From positions 79,082 to 143,081 of the forward strand of contig CAZBJL010000001.1 in NCBI GenBank assembly GCA_964492195.1: a stretch of DNA of 64,000 nucleotides. Direction: 5' to 3'. The notes under the pieces were generated by a model that did no database searches, was not told the DNA's origin, and worked only from the letters and a program-made list of their open reading frames with translations. A program made the translations under genes and the position numbers. Shown here piece after piece: positions 46,450 through 55,783 of the stretch. Each line of letters starts with the position of its first letter. Positions within the stretch are counted from its first letter, which is position 1. The DNA is from an uncultured Candidatus Saccharibacteria bacterium. Lineage in GTDB: Bacteria > Patescibacteriota > Minisyncoccia > Phycocordibacterales > DATGWK01.

Positions 46450-46787
46450 TTGACAATATTTTAAGGTGTGCTAAGGTTATCTCAGAACAGATAGCCCCGC
46501 ACGTTGCAGGGTGACTCGAAAGCACTTTTTACAGGAGCTGTCAGATGAAAACGATCAATGGACCCAATTGTTCCGTTCATTCTTTCATTTCTTTTTTGAG
46601 CGCCTCGCAACCCCGCAGCACCGCCGGCAACATCAGCCCGACCACCCGCGCGTCCAACGGCCATCTTGCGGCCTCCTGACGTTCGCCTCCCAGTCGCTTG
46701 GACCACTAGCGACTGTCTCCCCAGATTGAGGGTTGCCCAACCCTCAATCGACCCCTTCCGAAGACAACGGAAGGGGTTTTTATTTTA
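46450..46787 (+). ncRNA. candidate GC-rich small transcript (ncRNA or 44 aa ORF) with promoter and double-hairpin terminator
   Basis: TTGACA-16-TGcTAAGGT promoter. AGGAG-7-ATG at 46545 opens a 44 aa ORF. Body is strikingly GC-rich for this genome. Hairpins gagggttg/caaccctc and ccccttccg-aagacaa-cggaagggg plus T-run end it. Confidence 0.3.
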
Positions 46788-46814
46788 TATCCATCATTTT
46801 GCTATACTGGTGAC

Positions 46815-47867
46815 ATGAAAGAAGAAAAAGGTCAGACCGCACTGTATCGGAAATATCGTCCGCATACGTTTAAGGATGTAATCGGCCAGGATCACGTCAT
46901 CAAAGTAATTGAAAATTCAATAAAACTTGGAAATATTTCTCATGCATATCTTTTTGCTGGTTCGCGCGGAACGGGCAAAACTTCTGTTGCGAGAATTTTT
47001 GCACAAGAAATTGGCACGACTGGTTCTGATCTCTACGAAATGGACGCCGCTTCGAATCGCGGTATTGATGACATTCGAGAAATCCGAGAAGGCGTCAACA
47101 CACTTCCTTTTGAATCCAAATATAAGGTGTACATTATCGACGAGGTCCACATGCTTACTAAAGAAGCATTTAATGCGCTTTTGAAAACACTTGAAGAACC
47201 GCCTCCGCATGCGATTTTTATTCTCGCGACGACGGAAACAGAAAAACTTCCCGAAACAGTCGTTTCTCGTTGTCAGACATTTACTTTCAAAAAACCAAAT
47301 CAAGCAATTTTGCGCGAGTTTGCAATGACTATTGCAAAAAAAGAAGGTTTTAGTCTCGAAGCATCTGCAGGGGATCTGGTTGCGTTGCTTGGTGATGGTT
47401 CGTTTCGTGACACGCAGGGAATTTTGCAGAAAGTAATTGCTGGTTCAAAAGATAAGAAAATTTCTCGTGAAGAAGTTGAGCTTGTAACGGGTGCACCTCG
47501 AAATTCTCTTGTTAATGAATTTATTGATTCGATCGCGGCAGGGGATTCACAAAAAGGCATTGTGGCACTTCATGGTGCTGCCGAACAAAATATCGATATG
47601 AATATTTTTGCCAAATTAGTTCTTGAAAAAATGAGATTCGTTCTTCTTTTGACACAGGCACCGGATTTGGAAAAAACAATCAAAGAACGGGTGTCAGCAG
47701 AAGATTTCGAATATCTCCATTCGCTCGCAAAAAGTAAAAATAAAAATCTTTCTTTTGGCTCATTGCTTGAAATGCTCAAAGCAAGTCAGCTCATTGGACG
47801 AGCGTTCATTTCAGAATTGCCGCTTGAGTTGGCACTCGTGAAGATCGCCGGGGAACATAAGGCGTAG
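46815..47867 (+). CDS. dnaX: DNA polymerase III subunit gamma/tau (short form)
   Basis: AAA+ P-loop GSRGTGKTS, DEVHML Walker B, SRC motif (VVSRCQ). Confidence 0.88.
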   Translation: MKEEKGQTALYRKYRPHTFKDVIGQDHVIKVIENSIKLGNISHAYLFAGSRGTGKTSVARIFAQEIGTTGSDLYEMDAASNRGIDDIREIREGVNTLPFESKYKVYIIDEVHMLTKEAFNALLKTLEEPPPHAIFILATTETEKLPETVVSRCQTFTFKKPNQAILREFAMTIAKKEGFSLEASAGDLVALLGDGSFRDTQGILQKVIAGSKDKKISREEVELVTGAPRNSLVNEFIDSIAAGDSQKGIVALHGAAEQNIDMNIFAKLVLEKMRFVLLLTQAPDLEKTIKERVSAEDFEYLHSLAKSKNKNLSFGSLLEMLKASQLIGRAFISELPLELALVKIAGEHKA

Positions 47868-47945
47868 AAGGTCTTATTCTGCCACCTAGTTCAATAATGG
47901 AAAATATTGTATATAATGGCTTTCACGCGTCGTTCTGTTCGTTAT

Positions 47946-48016
47946 TGCCGGATCGTCTAAAGGTAGGACAAGAGACTTTGGATCTCTTTATCTTGGTTCG
48001 ATTCCAAGTCCGGCAG
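47946..48016 (+). tRNA. tRNA-Gln (anticodon TTG)
   Basis: U1:A72 acceptor TGCCGGA/TCCGGCA, anticodon stem AGAGA/TCTCT with loop CTTTGGA, T arm CTTGGTTCGATTCCAAG. Confidence 0.8.
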
Positions 48017-48233
48017 CAGTATTTTTCTAACTTGCTTCGCAAAGCTGGATAGAATCATTTATAGAGAGTACTTGCCTAAAACCTACTTATGTGCTATATT
48101 TTTTAAGGATCGATCTTTAACACAGAAAGGATAAAGACATATAAAAATATGTGAGTTGTGAGTTTCATCCATCGCGCTTGTGTGCGGTGGATTCTTGTTC
48201 AGTGTCAGTTGTATCGCATTAGGAGTGATAGAG

Positions 48234-48938
48234 ATGAAATCATCGTTCGTTCGTATTGTGGCTACGTGCTTGTCCATTGTCCTTACGTTGCTCGACCTGA
48301 GTTCAGCCAAGGCTGACACGATCAGTACCTGGAACGTCGGCTCCGGCCAACCGCAGGACAACTTCTTGCTCACGCAGGTCTCGGCATTTCCCGGTGGCAT
48401 GCTCGAGCTCGGTCAGCGGGCGATCTTCCGCCAGTCGGCAACACCTGTTGCACTGACGGGTGACACGTACCTCGTGTACTCTGGTTTCCAGACTGCAGGC
48501 GAGTACGGCGCGCCCACAACTGTCACGAATCGCAATCGTTGGAATTTCGATTACCACATCTCCTACGGAGGTGGAGTCCAGAACTTGGACAGTCTCACCA
48601 TGACGATCATGAGCCCTTCCGGCAACACCGTCATGGCGCCATTTTTCGACATGAAGGTTGCCAACAACGACAACGTCACCGGCAGTACACCGTTCCCCGG
48701 CGGCGATTCCCAGAACCCCGTGTTCTTCATTCAAGATTCGCAAAATCCGGTTTTCGCGCCGTGGTTCGCGCCAAGTTTCGACATGAACGTCGAAGGCATC
48801 TACACCTTCACGCTCACAGCTGTTGAAGCCAACACCACCATCACGCAGGTCATGCACCTGAACGTCGTTCCGGCTCCGGGCTCGTTCGCTCTTCTCGGCC
48901 TCGGTGGCCTTGCAGCTGCACGTCGTCGTCGTCGCTAA
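48234..48938 (+). CDS. secreted protein with C-terminal PEP-CTERM sorting motif, GC-rich
   Basis: Signal peptide MKSSFVRIVATCLSIVLTLLDLSSAKA. C-terminus VPAPGSFALLGLGGLAAARRRRR (VPxP - hydrophobic helix - Arg cluster). AGGAG SD. Clearly GC-richer than the flanks. Terminator at 48965-48993. Confidence 0.6.
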   Translation: MKSSFVRIVATCLSIVLTLLDLSSAKADTISTWNVGSGQPQDNFLLTQVSAFPGGMLELGQRAIFRQSATPVALTGDTYLVYSGFQTAGEYGAPTTVTNRNRWNFDYHISYGGGVQNLDSLTMTIMSPSGNTVMAPFFDMKVANNDNVTGSTPFPGGDSQNPVFFIQDSQNPVFAPWFAPSFDMNVEGIYTFTLTAVEANTTITQVMHLNVVPAPGSFALLGLGGLAAARRRRR

Positions 48939-48964
48939 TCCTTTCTTCGTTTTTGTTCCCACAA

Positions 48965-48993
48965 GGGCACCTCACAGGTGCCCTTTTTCTTTT
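48965..48993 (+). terminator. rho-independent terminator
   Basis: gggcacc-tcaca-ggtgccc plus ttttt. Confidence 0.6.
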
Positions 48994-49048
48994 ATAAGGA
49001 TATTCTTACGCTGGCTACAGACATATTTTTTGATGTTAAAATAATTCA

Positions 49049-50023
49049 ATGAACAAAAAGATTTTTATTACGCGGAAAATTTCAGATGCAGGGATCGAAA
49101 TGCTTTCAAAGAAAGGGTACCAGGTTGATGTATATCCAAAGGATCGAATTCCAACTCAAAAGGAAATCATCACCATTCTTAAAAAAGGTTCATATGATGC
49201 TGTACTGTGCCTTTTAACAGACAAAATTGACGCTCAAGTATTCGACGCGGCGCCAACAGTAAAAATGTATGCCAATTACGCAATTGGTTTTGATAATATT
49301 GACGTTGTCGAAGCTAAAAAGCGTGGAATTTGTGTCACAAACGCTCCTGGTGACCTCACAACAGAAGCCGTCGCCGAACACGCCATGGCTCTCATGCTCG
49401 CTCTTTCGGCGCGTATTGTTGAAGCAGATGCATTTGTCCGCAAAGGAAAATACAAAGGTTGGATGCCAATGGGCTTTATCGGTGAGGATCTTGCAGGCAA
49501 AACGCTTGGCCTTATCGGGGCGGGGAGGATTGGTGAGCGAACTGCGCATTATTCAAAAGGGTTTGGTATGAAAATTTTATATACTGATTTAAACCAAAAT
49601 ACCCAGCTTGAGCAGGAACACGGTGCGATGTATCGCAACACTGTTGAAGAAATTTTGGCGGAAGCTGATGTGGTCAGTCTCCACGTGCCGCTCCTTACTT
49701 CAACACGACACCTTATGAATGAACGTCGACTCCGACTTATGAAGCCGACAGCATTTCTCATTAATACCTCTCGCGGACCTATTGTCGATGAAAAAGCTCT
49801 TGAAAAAGTTTTGAAGCAAAAGGGTATCGCGGGGGCGGCCTTGGATGTGTATGAATTCGAACCAAAGATTTCTCCAGGTCTCCGAAAACTCCAGAACGTT
49901 GTGCTGACGCCTCATATTGCTTCGGCAAGTCGTCAGGCACGAAATCAGATGGCAGAAATTGCCGCACAGAACATTGTCGACTTTTTGGAAGGCAACAAAC
50001 CGAAACACGTTGTTAATGCGTAG
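49049..50023 (+). CDS. D-isomer-specific 2-hydroxyacid dehydrogenase (glyoxylate/hydroxypyruvate reductase-like)
   Basis: NAD-binding GLIGAGRIGERTA, catalytic R/E/H layout (NTSRG...TPHIAS). Confidence 0.8.
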   Translation: MNKKIFITRKISDAGIEMLSKKGYQVDVYPKDRIPTQKEIITILKKGSYDAVLCLLTDKIDAQVFDAAPTVKMYANYAIGFDNIDVVEAKKRGICVTNAPGDLTTEAVAEHAMALMLALSARIVEADAFVRKGKYKGWMPMGFIGEDLAGKTLGLIGAGRIGERTAHYSKGFGMKILYTDLNQNTQLEQEHGAMYRNTVEEILAEADVVSLHVPLLTSTRHLMNERRLRLMKPTAFLINTSRGPIVDEKALEKVLKQKGIAGAALDVYEFEPKISPGLRKLQNVVLTPHIASASRQARNQMAEIAAQNIVDFLEGNKPKHVVNA

Positions 50024-50103
50024 TTTGGCTGGTGGGGAGTCCCCATACCACTCCTCTGGGGCATGATATGATAAGTGGGCATTAATAATAGATAATAATA
50101 AAT

Positions 50104-50358
50104 ATGGCAAAAACCAATTCCGCGTTCATGAAACCTATGACTATCAGTGCTGATCTCGCCGAAGTCGTCGGTAAGGGTCCTATGCCTCGGTCAGAAGTTG
50201 TGAAGAAGCTCTGGGTCTACATCAAGAAAAATAATCTTCAGGATCCTAAGAACAAGCGCAACATTGAAGCTGATGCACCTCTCAAGAAAGTCTTTGGAGG
50301 TAAGGGTACCGTCAACATGTTTGAAATGACAAAACTCGTTTCAAAGCATCTTTCATAG
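50104..50358 (+). CDS. SWIB/MDM2 domain protein
   Basis: 84 aa. ISADLAEVVGKGPMPRSEVVKKLWVYIKKNNLQDP matches the SWIB fold consensus. Confidence 0.65.
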   Translation: MAKTNSAFMKPMTISADLAEVVGKGPMPRSEVVKKLWVYIKKNNLQDPKNKRNIEADAPLKKVFGGKGTVNMFEMTKLVSKHLS

Positions 50359-50388
50359 TTCTGCATTGTTTGTATTAGTTTTTCTAAA

Positions 50389-50512
50389 CCCAGCCCACAA
50401 GGAGAGTTTCCGCAGCCAGGTCGCATTTTCGTCATGAATTTTCGAAAATGCGACCGTGGGCGAGAGTAGCCGAAATCCAGCAGGATTTACGGCGCTCTCC
50501 TGAAGGGCTGGG
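50389..50512. repeat. structured palindromic repeat, family A copy 2 (candidate novel ncRNA)
   Basis: acccagccc/gggctgggt ends. aggagag/ctctcct. 13 bp ggtcgcattttcg/cgaaaatgcgacc. gccgaaatcc-CAGCAG-ggattt(a)cggc. Ends 11 nt before the ABC ATPase start codon. Confidence 0.65.
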
Positions 50513-50522
50513 TTAAACCTCC

Positions 50523-51308
50523 ATGATAGACATCAAAAACGTCACAAAAAAGTACGATACATTTACTGCCGTTGATAATATTTCTCTCCATGTAAGTAAG
50601 GGTGAGGTTTTTGCCTTTCTCGGCCCAAATGGTGCAGGAAAATCCACTACGATCAAAATGCTTACGACTCTTTTGCATCCAACATCGGGCGAAATTTTTC
50701 TCGATGGCCATAACGTAAAAGAGAATCCACACCAAACTCGTCGTTCTTTCGGTATTGTGTTTCAAGACCCAAGTCTCGACAATGAACTCACTGCGTACGA
50801 AAACATGCAGCTCCACGCGATTCTCTACGGCGTTCCAAAGAATGTATACATAGAACGAATTGCGAAACTTTTGAAGCTTGTTGAACTTGAGGATCGAAAA
50901 GATTCATTTGTAAAAACCTTTTCTGGCGGCATGAAGCGCCGACTCGAAATTGCTCGCGGACTTCTTCATACGCCAACCGTCCTTTTCCTCGACGAACCAA
51001 CGATTGGTCTTGATCCGCAGACTCGAAATCATATCTGGAATTACATTAAGAAGTTGAATGAAGAGGAAAACGTAACGATTTTCTTTACAACGCATCATAT
51101 GGAAGAAGTAGAACGATACGGTACCAAGATCGCTATTATCGATCACGGCAAAATTATTGCCCAAGGAACTATCGATGAAATTAAGTCCCAAGCGTCAGCA
51201 GAAAATCTCGAAGATGCCTTCATTGCTCTTACGGGAAAACAAATTCGTGCCGAGGTTGGCGATGTGTCGAAAAATCTTATGAGAACGAGTCAGAGACTGA
51301 TGCGATAA
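50523..51308 (+). CDS. ABC transporter ATP-binding protein
   Basis: Walker A GPNGAGKST, signature FSGGMKRRLEIA, Walker B LFLDEPT. Confidence 0.88.
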   Translation: MIDIKNVTKKYDTFTAVDNISLHVSKGEVFAFLGPNGAGKSTTIKMLTTLLHPTSGEIFLDGHNVKENPHQTRRSFGIVFQDPSLDNELTAYENMQLHAILYGVPKNVYIERIAKLLKLVELEDRKDSFVKTFSGGMKRRLEIARGLLHTPTVLFLDEPTIGLDPQTRNHIWNYIKKLNEEENVTIFFTTHHMEEVERYGTKIAIIDHGKIIAQGTIDEIKSQASAENLEDAFIALTGKQIRAEVGDVSKNLMRTSQRLMR

Positions 51309-51312
51309 AATT

Positions 51313-52059
51313 ATGAGAACAATCTATATTTTGTGGATACGACAGCTTAAAAGGTATATCCGAAAGAAGGCTACAATTGTCGGTTCTCTTGGTCAGCCGG
51401 TGATTTTCCTTTTCGCACTCGGTTTTGGCTTGAGTCCGATTTATGCCAAGGCGGGAAGTGGTGACTATATTCAATTCATTGCCCCCGGCATTATCGGTAT
51501 GACGGTTCTCTTCAGCTCAATTTTTAACGGTGTTGAAATCATTTGGGACAAGCAATTTGGTTTTTTGAAAGAAACATTTGTTGCTCCTGTTTCTCGGTTT
51601 GAGATTTTTATCGGCAAAACGTTGGGCGGTGCGACGGTTGCTATCATTCAGGGCAGTCTCGTATTCCTCATTACCCTTATTGCAGGCTTTCGTCCGGTAA
51701 GTCTCGCAATGATTCCCGTTGCTTTTTTGTTTCTCGTTTTGATTTCGTTTCTCTTTTCGGCTTTGGGAAATGCGATCGCCGCACGTCTCGATGACATGCA
51801 AGGCTTTCCGCTCATTATAAATTTCGTTATTCAGCCACTTTTCTTTCTTTCCGGTGCACTCTTTCCACTTCAGGGTTTGCCCGTAGCCCTTGGTGTAATA
51901 ACGAAAATCAATCCGCTTTCCTACGGCATCGACAGTCTTCGTTTCGCCTTGAGCAATAGTAATATTTTCTCTCCATGGACGAGTCTCGCGGTTCTCCTCG
52001 GTGTTTCTATCGGGTTGGTATGTTTCGGTGTCTATCAGTTTTCAAAGATCGAACTCTAA
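51313..52059 (+). CDS. ABC-2 type transporter permease
   Basis: Six TM helices, adjacent to and co-oriented with the ATPase. Confidence 0.7.
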   Translation: MRTIYILWIRQLKRYIRKKATIVGSLGQPVIFLFALGFGLSPIYAKAGSGDYIQFIAPGIIGMTVLFSSIFNGVEIIWDKQFGFLKETFVAPVSRFEIFIGKTLGGATVAIIQGSLVFLITLIAGFRPVSLAMIPVAFLFLVLISFLFSALGNAIAARLDDMQGFPLIINFVIQPLFFLSGALFPLQGLPVALGVITKINPLSYGIDSLRFALSNSNIFSPWTSLAVLLGVSIGLVCFGVYQFSKIEL

Positions 52060-52061
52060 TT

Positions 52062-52846
52062 GCATGAAAAAATCTGGAGAATCAAAACCAAACTCATCAA
52101 CTTCCTGGGGATCGGTTGCTCATTGGTATGACGAAATGCTTTCAGGCGATGACACGTACCAGGCAAAAGTAATTTTGCCAAATCTCCTTCGACTTCTTCC
52201 ACCAAAAGATAAAAAAATACTCGACATTGCCTGCGGCCAAGGATTTTTTTCAAAAGTTTATGCTGAAGGAGGTGCGGACGTTTTTGGCGTCGACATTTCT
52301 CCCGAGTTAATTAAAAAAGCAAAGGAACATACGAGTTCGAACCCCCGTTTTGAAGTTTCGCGAGCAAGTGAGCTTGATTCTGTGCAGAACGAATCTTTTG
52401 ACGGAGCGTTTATTGTTTTGGCGCTTCAGAATATTAAAGAACTAAACGAAACAATACGAGAAGCCGCGAGAGTGCTCGTGCGTGGCGGAACACTTGTCAT
52501 TGTTCTCAATCATCCCTGTTTTCGAATTCTCAAATCGTCTTCATGGGGCTATGACGAAGCACAAAAGATTCAGTATCGCCGAGTAGATGCGTACGGCAGA
52601 CCATTTTCTACTGAAGTAGAGATGAATCCTGGTGCGAAAAATCCGGCAGAAAAAGTGCACACCCTTTCTTTTCACAGACCCCTTCAAGAATATTTTAAAG
52701 CGTTTGCAAGTGCTGGACTTGTTGTTGTTGGTCTTGAAGAATGGATTTCTCATAAAAAAAGTGAAGCAGGGCCGCGCGCGCAGGCCGAGGATATAGCCCG
52801 GAAGGAATTCCCTCTCTTTTTAACGATCATTGCCAAGAAACTTTAA
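52062..52846 (+). CDS. class I SAM-dependent methyltransferase
   Basis: ILDIACGQGFF motif I. Start at MKKSGES. Confidence 0.7.
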
Positions 52847-52949
52847 AAGTTGTCTTGTTTCTTTAGGTTTGTTACTCTTTACGTGGAATTGAAAGCTGTA
52901 AGCGCGGCTTATAAGAGCGCTTGGTGGAACTTTGAAAAGGGAGAAACGT

Positions 52950-53690
52950 ATGATCAAGCCAACACGGCGTGACCTGTTTAACGGATTGGCAGAGAAGTGG
53001 AAACGCCACTATTTCAGTGCTGGCGCACGGTGGAAGTGGAATCCAGAGGGAGACGAAACACTTCCGCACGCAGCTCTCACTACAGCAGTGCATGCGGATC
53101 AATTTCTCAACACTGACTGGTTGAATCGAGATCCGCTTTTGGTTGAGGAAGCTGCGACGGACATGATCACTGTGTTGGAAGCCATCGGTTTCGATTTCGA
53201 CCAACCGGACTATGTGGCGGGGCCGGTCTACGGTTCGACGTGTTTGGCGTTTTGTTTGGCTTCTCTCATCTCGCGTCATCGCGATCGTCATTGTTACTCT
53301 GTGCCAATCCTGAAAACGGGGTGTGGGGCAGCCATGAAGATGTCCCTGCGAGGCTGCTTGGTGGAAGAGGGTGACGAAGTGCTGATCGTTGATGACGTCC
53401 TGGCAACAGGAGGAAGTCTGCACCTGGCACGTGAAGCCGTGCTCGCTGAAGGGGCTCTCGTCATTCCGACCTTTTTGGTGATGGCGAACAGGATGGACGT
53501 CGAAGAAATTCCTGGTGGGAATGTTCTTGCTCTGATGAAGGACCTGATGCCTACGTATGCAATTTCGAAGTGTCCGATCTGTGAGAAGACTCAAGACCAA
53601 TCAAAGGCGATTTACCCTAAGGAGGGTAAGAACTGGCGAACTCTCATGGCTCCGAAGTCGTCCCGAACTCAAGCAACTGCGAAGGTTTAA
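52950..53690 (+). CDS. type I phosphoribosyltransferase-family protein (PRPP-binding), GC-rich
   Basis: VLIVDDVLATGGSL PRPP-binding loop. C-terminal CPICEK. A mirror ORF lies on the opposite strand. Confidence 0.6.
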   Translation: MIKPTRRDLFNGLAEKWKRHYFSAGARWKWNPEGDETLPHAALTTAVHADQFLNTDWLNRDPLLVEEAATDMITVLEAIGFDFDQPDYVAGPVYGSTCLAFCLASLISRHRDRHCYSVPILKTGCGAAMKMSLRGCLVEEGDEVLIVDDVLATGGSLHLAREAVLAEGALVIPTFLVMANRMDVEEIPGGNVLALMKDLMPTYAISKCPICEKTQDQSKAIYPKEGKNWRTLMAPKSSRTQATAKV

Positions 53691-53698
53691 TCTCATCT

Positions 53699-53727
53699 AG
53701 CCCGTCCACATGGACGGGCTTTTTTAT
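53699..53727 (+). terminator. rho-independent terminator
   Basis: agcccgtcc-acat-ggacgggct plus tttttt. Confidence 0.6.
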
Positions 53728-53843
53728 TGCCCGATTGTCTTATATTAGGCAAAAAGGCGGGCATCGTGTATAATCCCCGCAGTGCAAAGGCGCTGAAACA
53801 AAGTCGAGTTTCTAGGTATAGTAATAACAAAAAATCAAATCAT

Positions 53844-54041
53844 ATGAACGGAACAATCAAAACTCTTACAGATAAAGGATTTGGATTCATTTCTCGCCCA
53901 GGCGAAGCAAAGGATCTTTTCTTTCATTCTAAAGAATTGAATGGCGTTACTTTTGACGAACTTAAAGTTGGCGATATGGTCACTTTTACAGTTGTTGAAG
54001 GCGACAAAGGCCCAGCTGCTACAAACGTTTCTCGCGCGTAG
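53844..54041 (+). CDS. cspA: cold-shock protein (CspA family)
   Basis: MNGTIKTLTDKGFGFISRPG RNP1 motif, FFHSKEL RNP2-like. About 115 nt 5' UTR typical of csp genes. Terminator 54056-54086. Confidence 0.85.
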   Translation: MNGTIKTLTDKGFGFISRPGEAKDLFFHSKELNGVTFDELKVGDMVTFTVVEGDKGPAATNVSRA

Positions 54042-54118
54042 TCAGTAAAGAAAAAGCCGCTTCATGGAAACGTGAGCGGTTTTTTCTTGGGCGATTTTGT
54101 GTGATACAGTGATTCTTC

Positions 54119-55582
54119 ATGGCAAAACAAGACACAGTTATATCTTTTGAAAAGGTTTCATTTGAATACGGGCATAACAAACAAATCCTCGATGAGGTGG
54201 ATTTTTCTATTCGCCGTGGAAGGAAGGTAACTGTGATGGGTCAAAACGGCGCCGGCAAAAGCACCCTTTTCGAGCTCGTTACAAAGTCCATCGTTCCCGA
54301 ATCTGGTCGAATCAATATTTTAAATGGCACAACTATTGCGATTTCTAAACAAGTCATTCCTCGCGATGAAATGGATCTTTCTGTGCGAGACTTTTTCCTT
54401 AAACGTTTTACTAAAAAGGTGTACGATATCGACCCGCGGATTGATAAGGTGTTAGAGGTTGTAAACCTTGTTGGGCACAAAGACGTGCACGACCGTATCA
54501 TCAAATCTTTTTCTGGTGGCCAGCAAGCGCGTTTGCTTCTCGCATCAGCTCTTATTCAGGATCCAGACATTTTGCTCCTCGATGAGCCAACGAATAATCT
54601 CGACAAAGCAGGAATCGAACATCTTACCCAGTTTCTTATTGAGTATAAAAAAACTGTTATCGTCATTTCCCATGATGCGGACTTTTTGAATGCATTTACA
54701 GACAGCGTGCTCTACCTCGACGTTCATACGCATAAAATCGAGCAGTACGCAGGAAATTACAAAGACGTGGTAGAAGAAATCACTGCGCGAATTGATAAAG
54801 AAAACCGCAAGAACGCCCAGCTTGCAAAAGAAATCCAAGACAATAAAGACAAAGCAAACTTCTTTGCCCAAAAAGGTGGCCAGATGCGTCTTGTTGCAAA
54901 ACGAATGCGTGAAAAAGCCGAGGAGCTCGAAGAAGAAAAAGTTGATGTGCGAAAAGAAGATCGAACGATCCGACCATTCATTATTCCTGTGCAAGAAAAT
55001 ATTACCGGCGAATTTCTCCATATTTCTTCTTTCAGTGTTCTTGGTAAAAATTTCAAACCCGTTGTTCGTAAAGCAGACATTTCTTTAAAAAAGGGCGAGC
55101 ATTTATTGCTCAAAGGTCCAAACGGCATTGGCAAAACAACGCTCATTGAAGCGATTGCAAAAGGTGAAGCAAAGGGGACTGAAATCACCAAAGGTGTGAA
55201 AGTTGGTTTGTACCGCCAGGATTTTTCAACGCTTAATTTTGAGGACACGGTTTACGAATCTCTTCTCCGCAACATGGAACGTCACGAAGAAGAGCGTCTC
55301 CGCAGTGTTGCCGCAGGTTTTCTCATTAACGGCGATCTCATCAAGTCCAAAATCGGCAGTCTTTCTGAAGGTCAAAAAGGACTCGTGGCATTTGCTGGTC
55401 TTGTGTTGCTCCAGCCGGGACTTTTGATTCTCGACGAACCGACAAATCACATTAATTTCCGCCACATTCCGCTTATTGCTGAAGCGTTACATAAATTTGA
55501 AGGAGCGATGATTATGGTTTCCCACGTTCCGGAATTCGTTGAGAAAATTAAAATCGATGAAATTTTAGATTTGGAGAAGTAG
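54119..55582 (+). CDS. ABC-F family ATPase (two ABC domains, no TM)
   Basis: Two Walker A sites (GQNGAGKST, GPNGIGKTT), two signature motifs, charged linker between the domains. Confidence 0.85.
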   Translation: MAKQDTVISFEKVSFEYGHNKQILDEVDFSIRRGRKVTVMGQNGAGKSTLFELVTKSIVPESGRINILNGTTIAISKQVIPRDEMDLSVRDFFLKRFTKKVYDIDPRIDKVLEVVNLVGHKDVHDRIIKSFSGGQQARLLLASALIQDPDILLLDEPTNNLDKAGIEHLTQFLIEYKKTVIVISHDADFLNAFTDSVLYLDVHTHKIEQYAGNYKDVVEEITARIDKENRKNAQLAKEIQDNKDKANFFAQKGGQMRLVAKRMREKAEELEEEKVDVRKEDRTIRPFIIPVQENITGEFLHISSFSVLGKNFKPVVRKADISLKKGEHLLLKGPNGIGKTTLIEAIAKGEAKGTEITKGVKVGLYRQDFSTLNFEDTVYESLLRNMERHEEERLRSVAAGFLINGDLIKSKIGSLSEGQKGLVAFAGLVLLQPGLLILDEPTNHINFRHIPLIAEALHKFEGAMIMVSHVPEFVEKIKIDEILDLEK

Positions 55583-55783
55583 GCTTGATATATTTCTTCG
55601 ATGGTGTATCTTGACTCCGGGTGCGTTTCGAAAAATGGTGGAGTTACAACCACCGCTGCTAAAGAGGTAGCAGGAAAGGATTGGTAAAACCTAGTGCGGC
55701 TAGCGCTGCACAAAAACCATCCTCGACAGCTTACATGATGGTCTCCTTAGCCAGGAGAGTCCGGGCATCTGGGCACCTCTAAA

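Noticed and set aside
50389-50520. Family-A copy 2 as an integron attC site (3' end GTTAAAC matches the GTTRRRY core)
   Set aside because: Copy 1 lacks the core site, no inverse core RYYYAAC at the 5' end, no integron integrase in the window.
52872-53600. 242 aa minus-strand ORF
   Set aside because: Mirror ORF of the GC-rich PRTase gene. The + frame carries the PRPP-binding motif.
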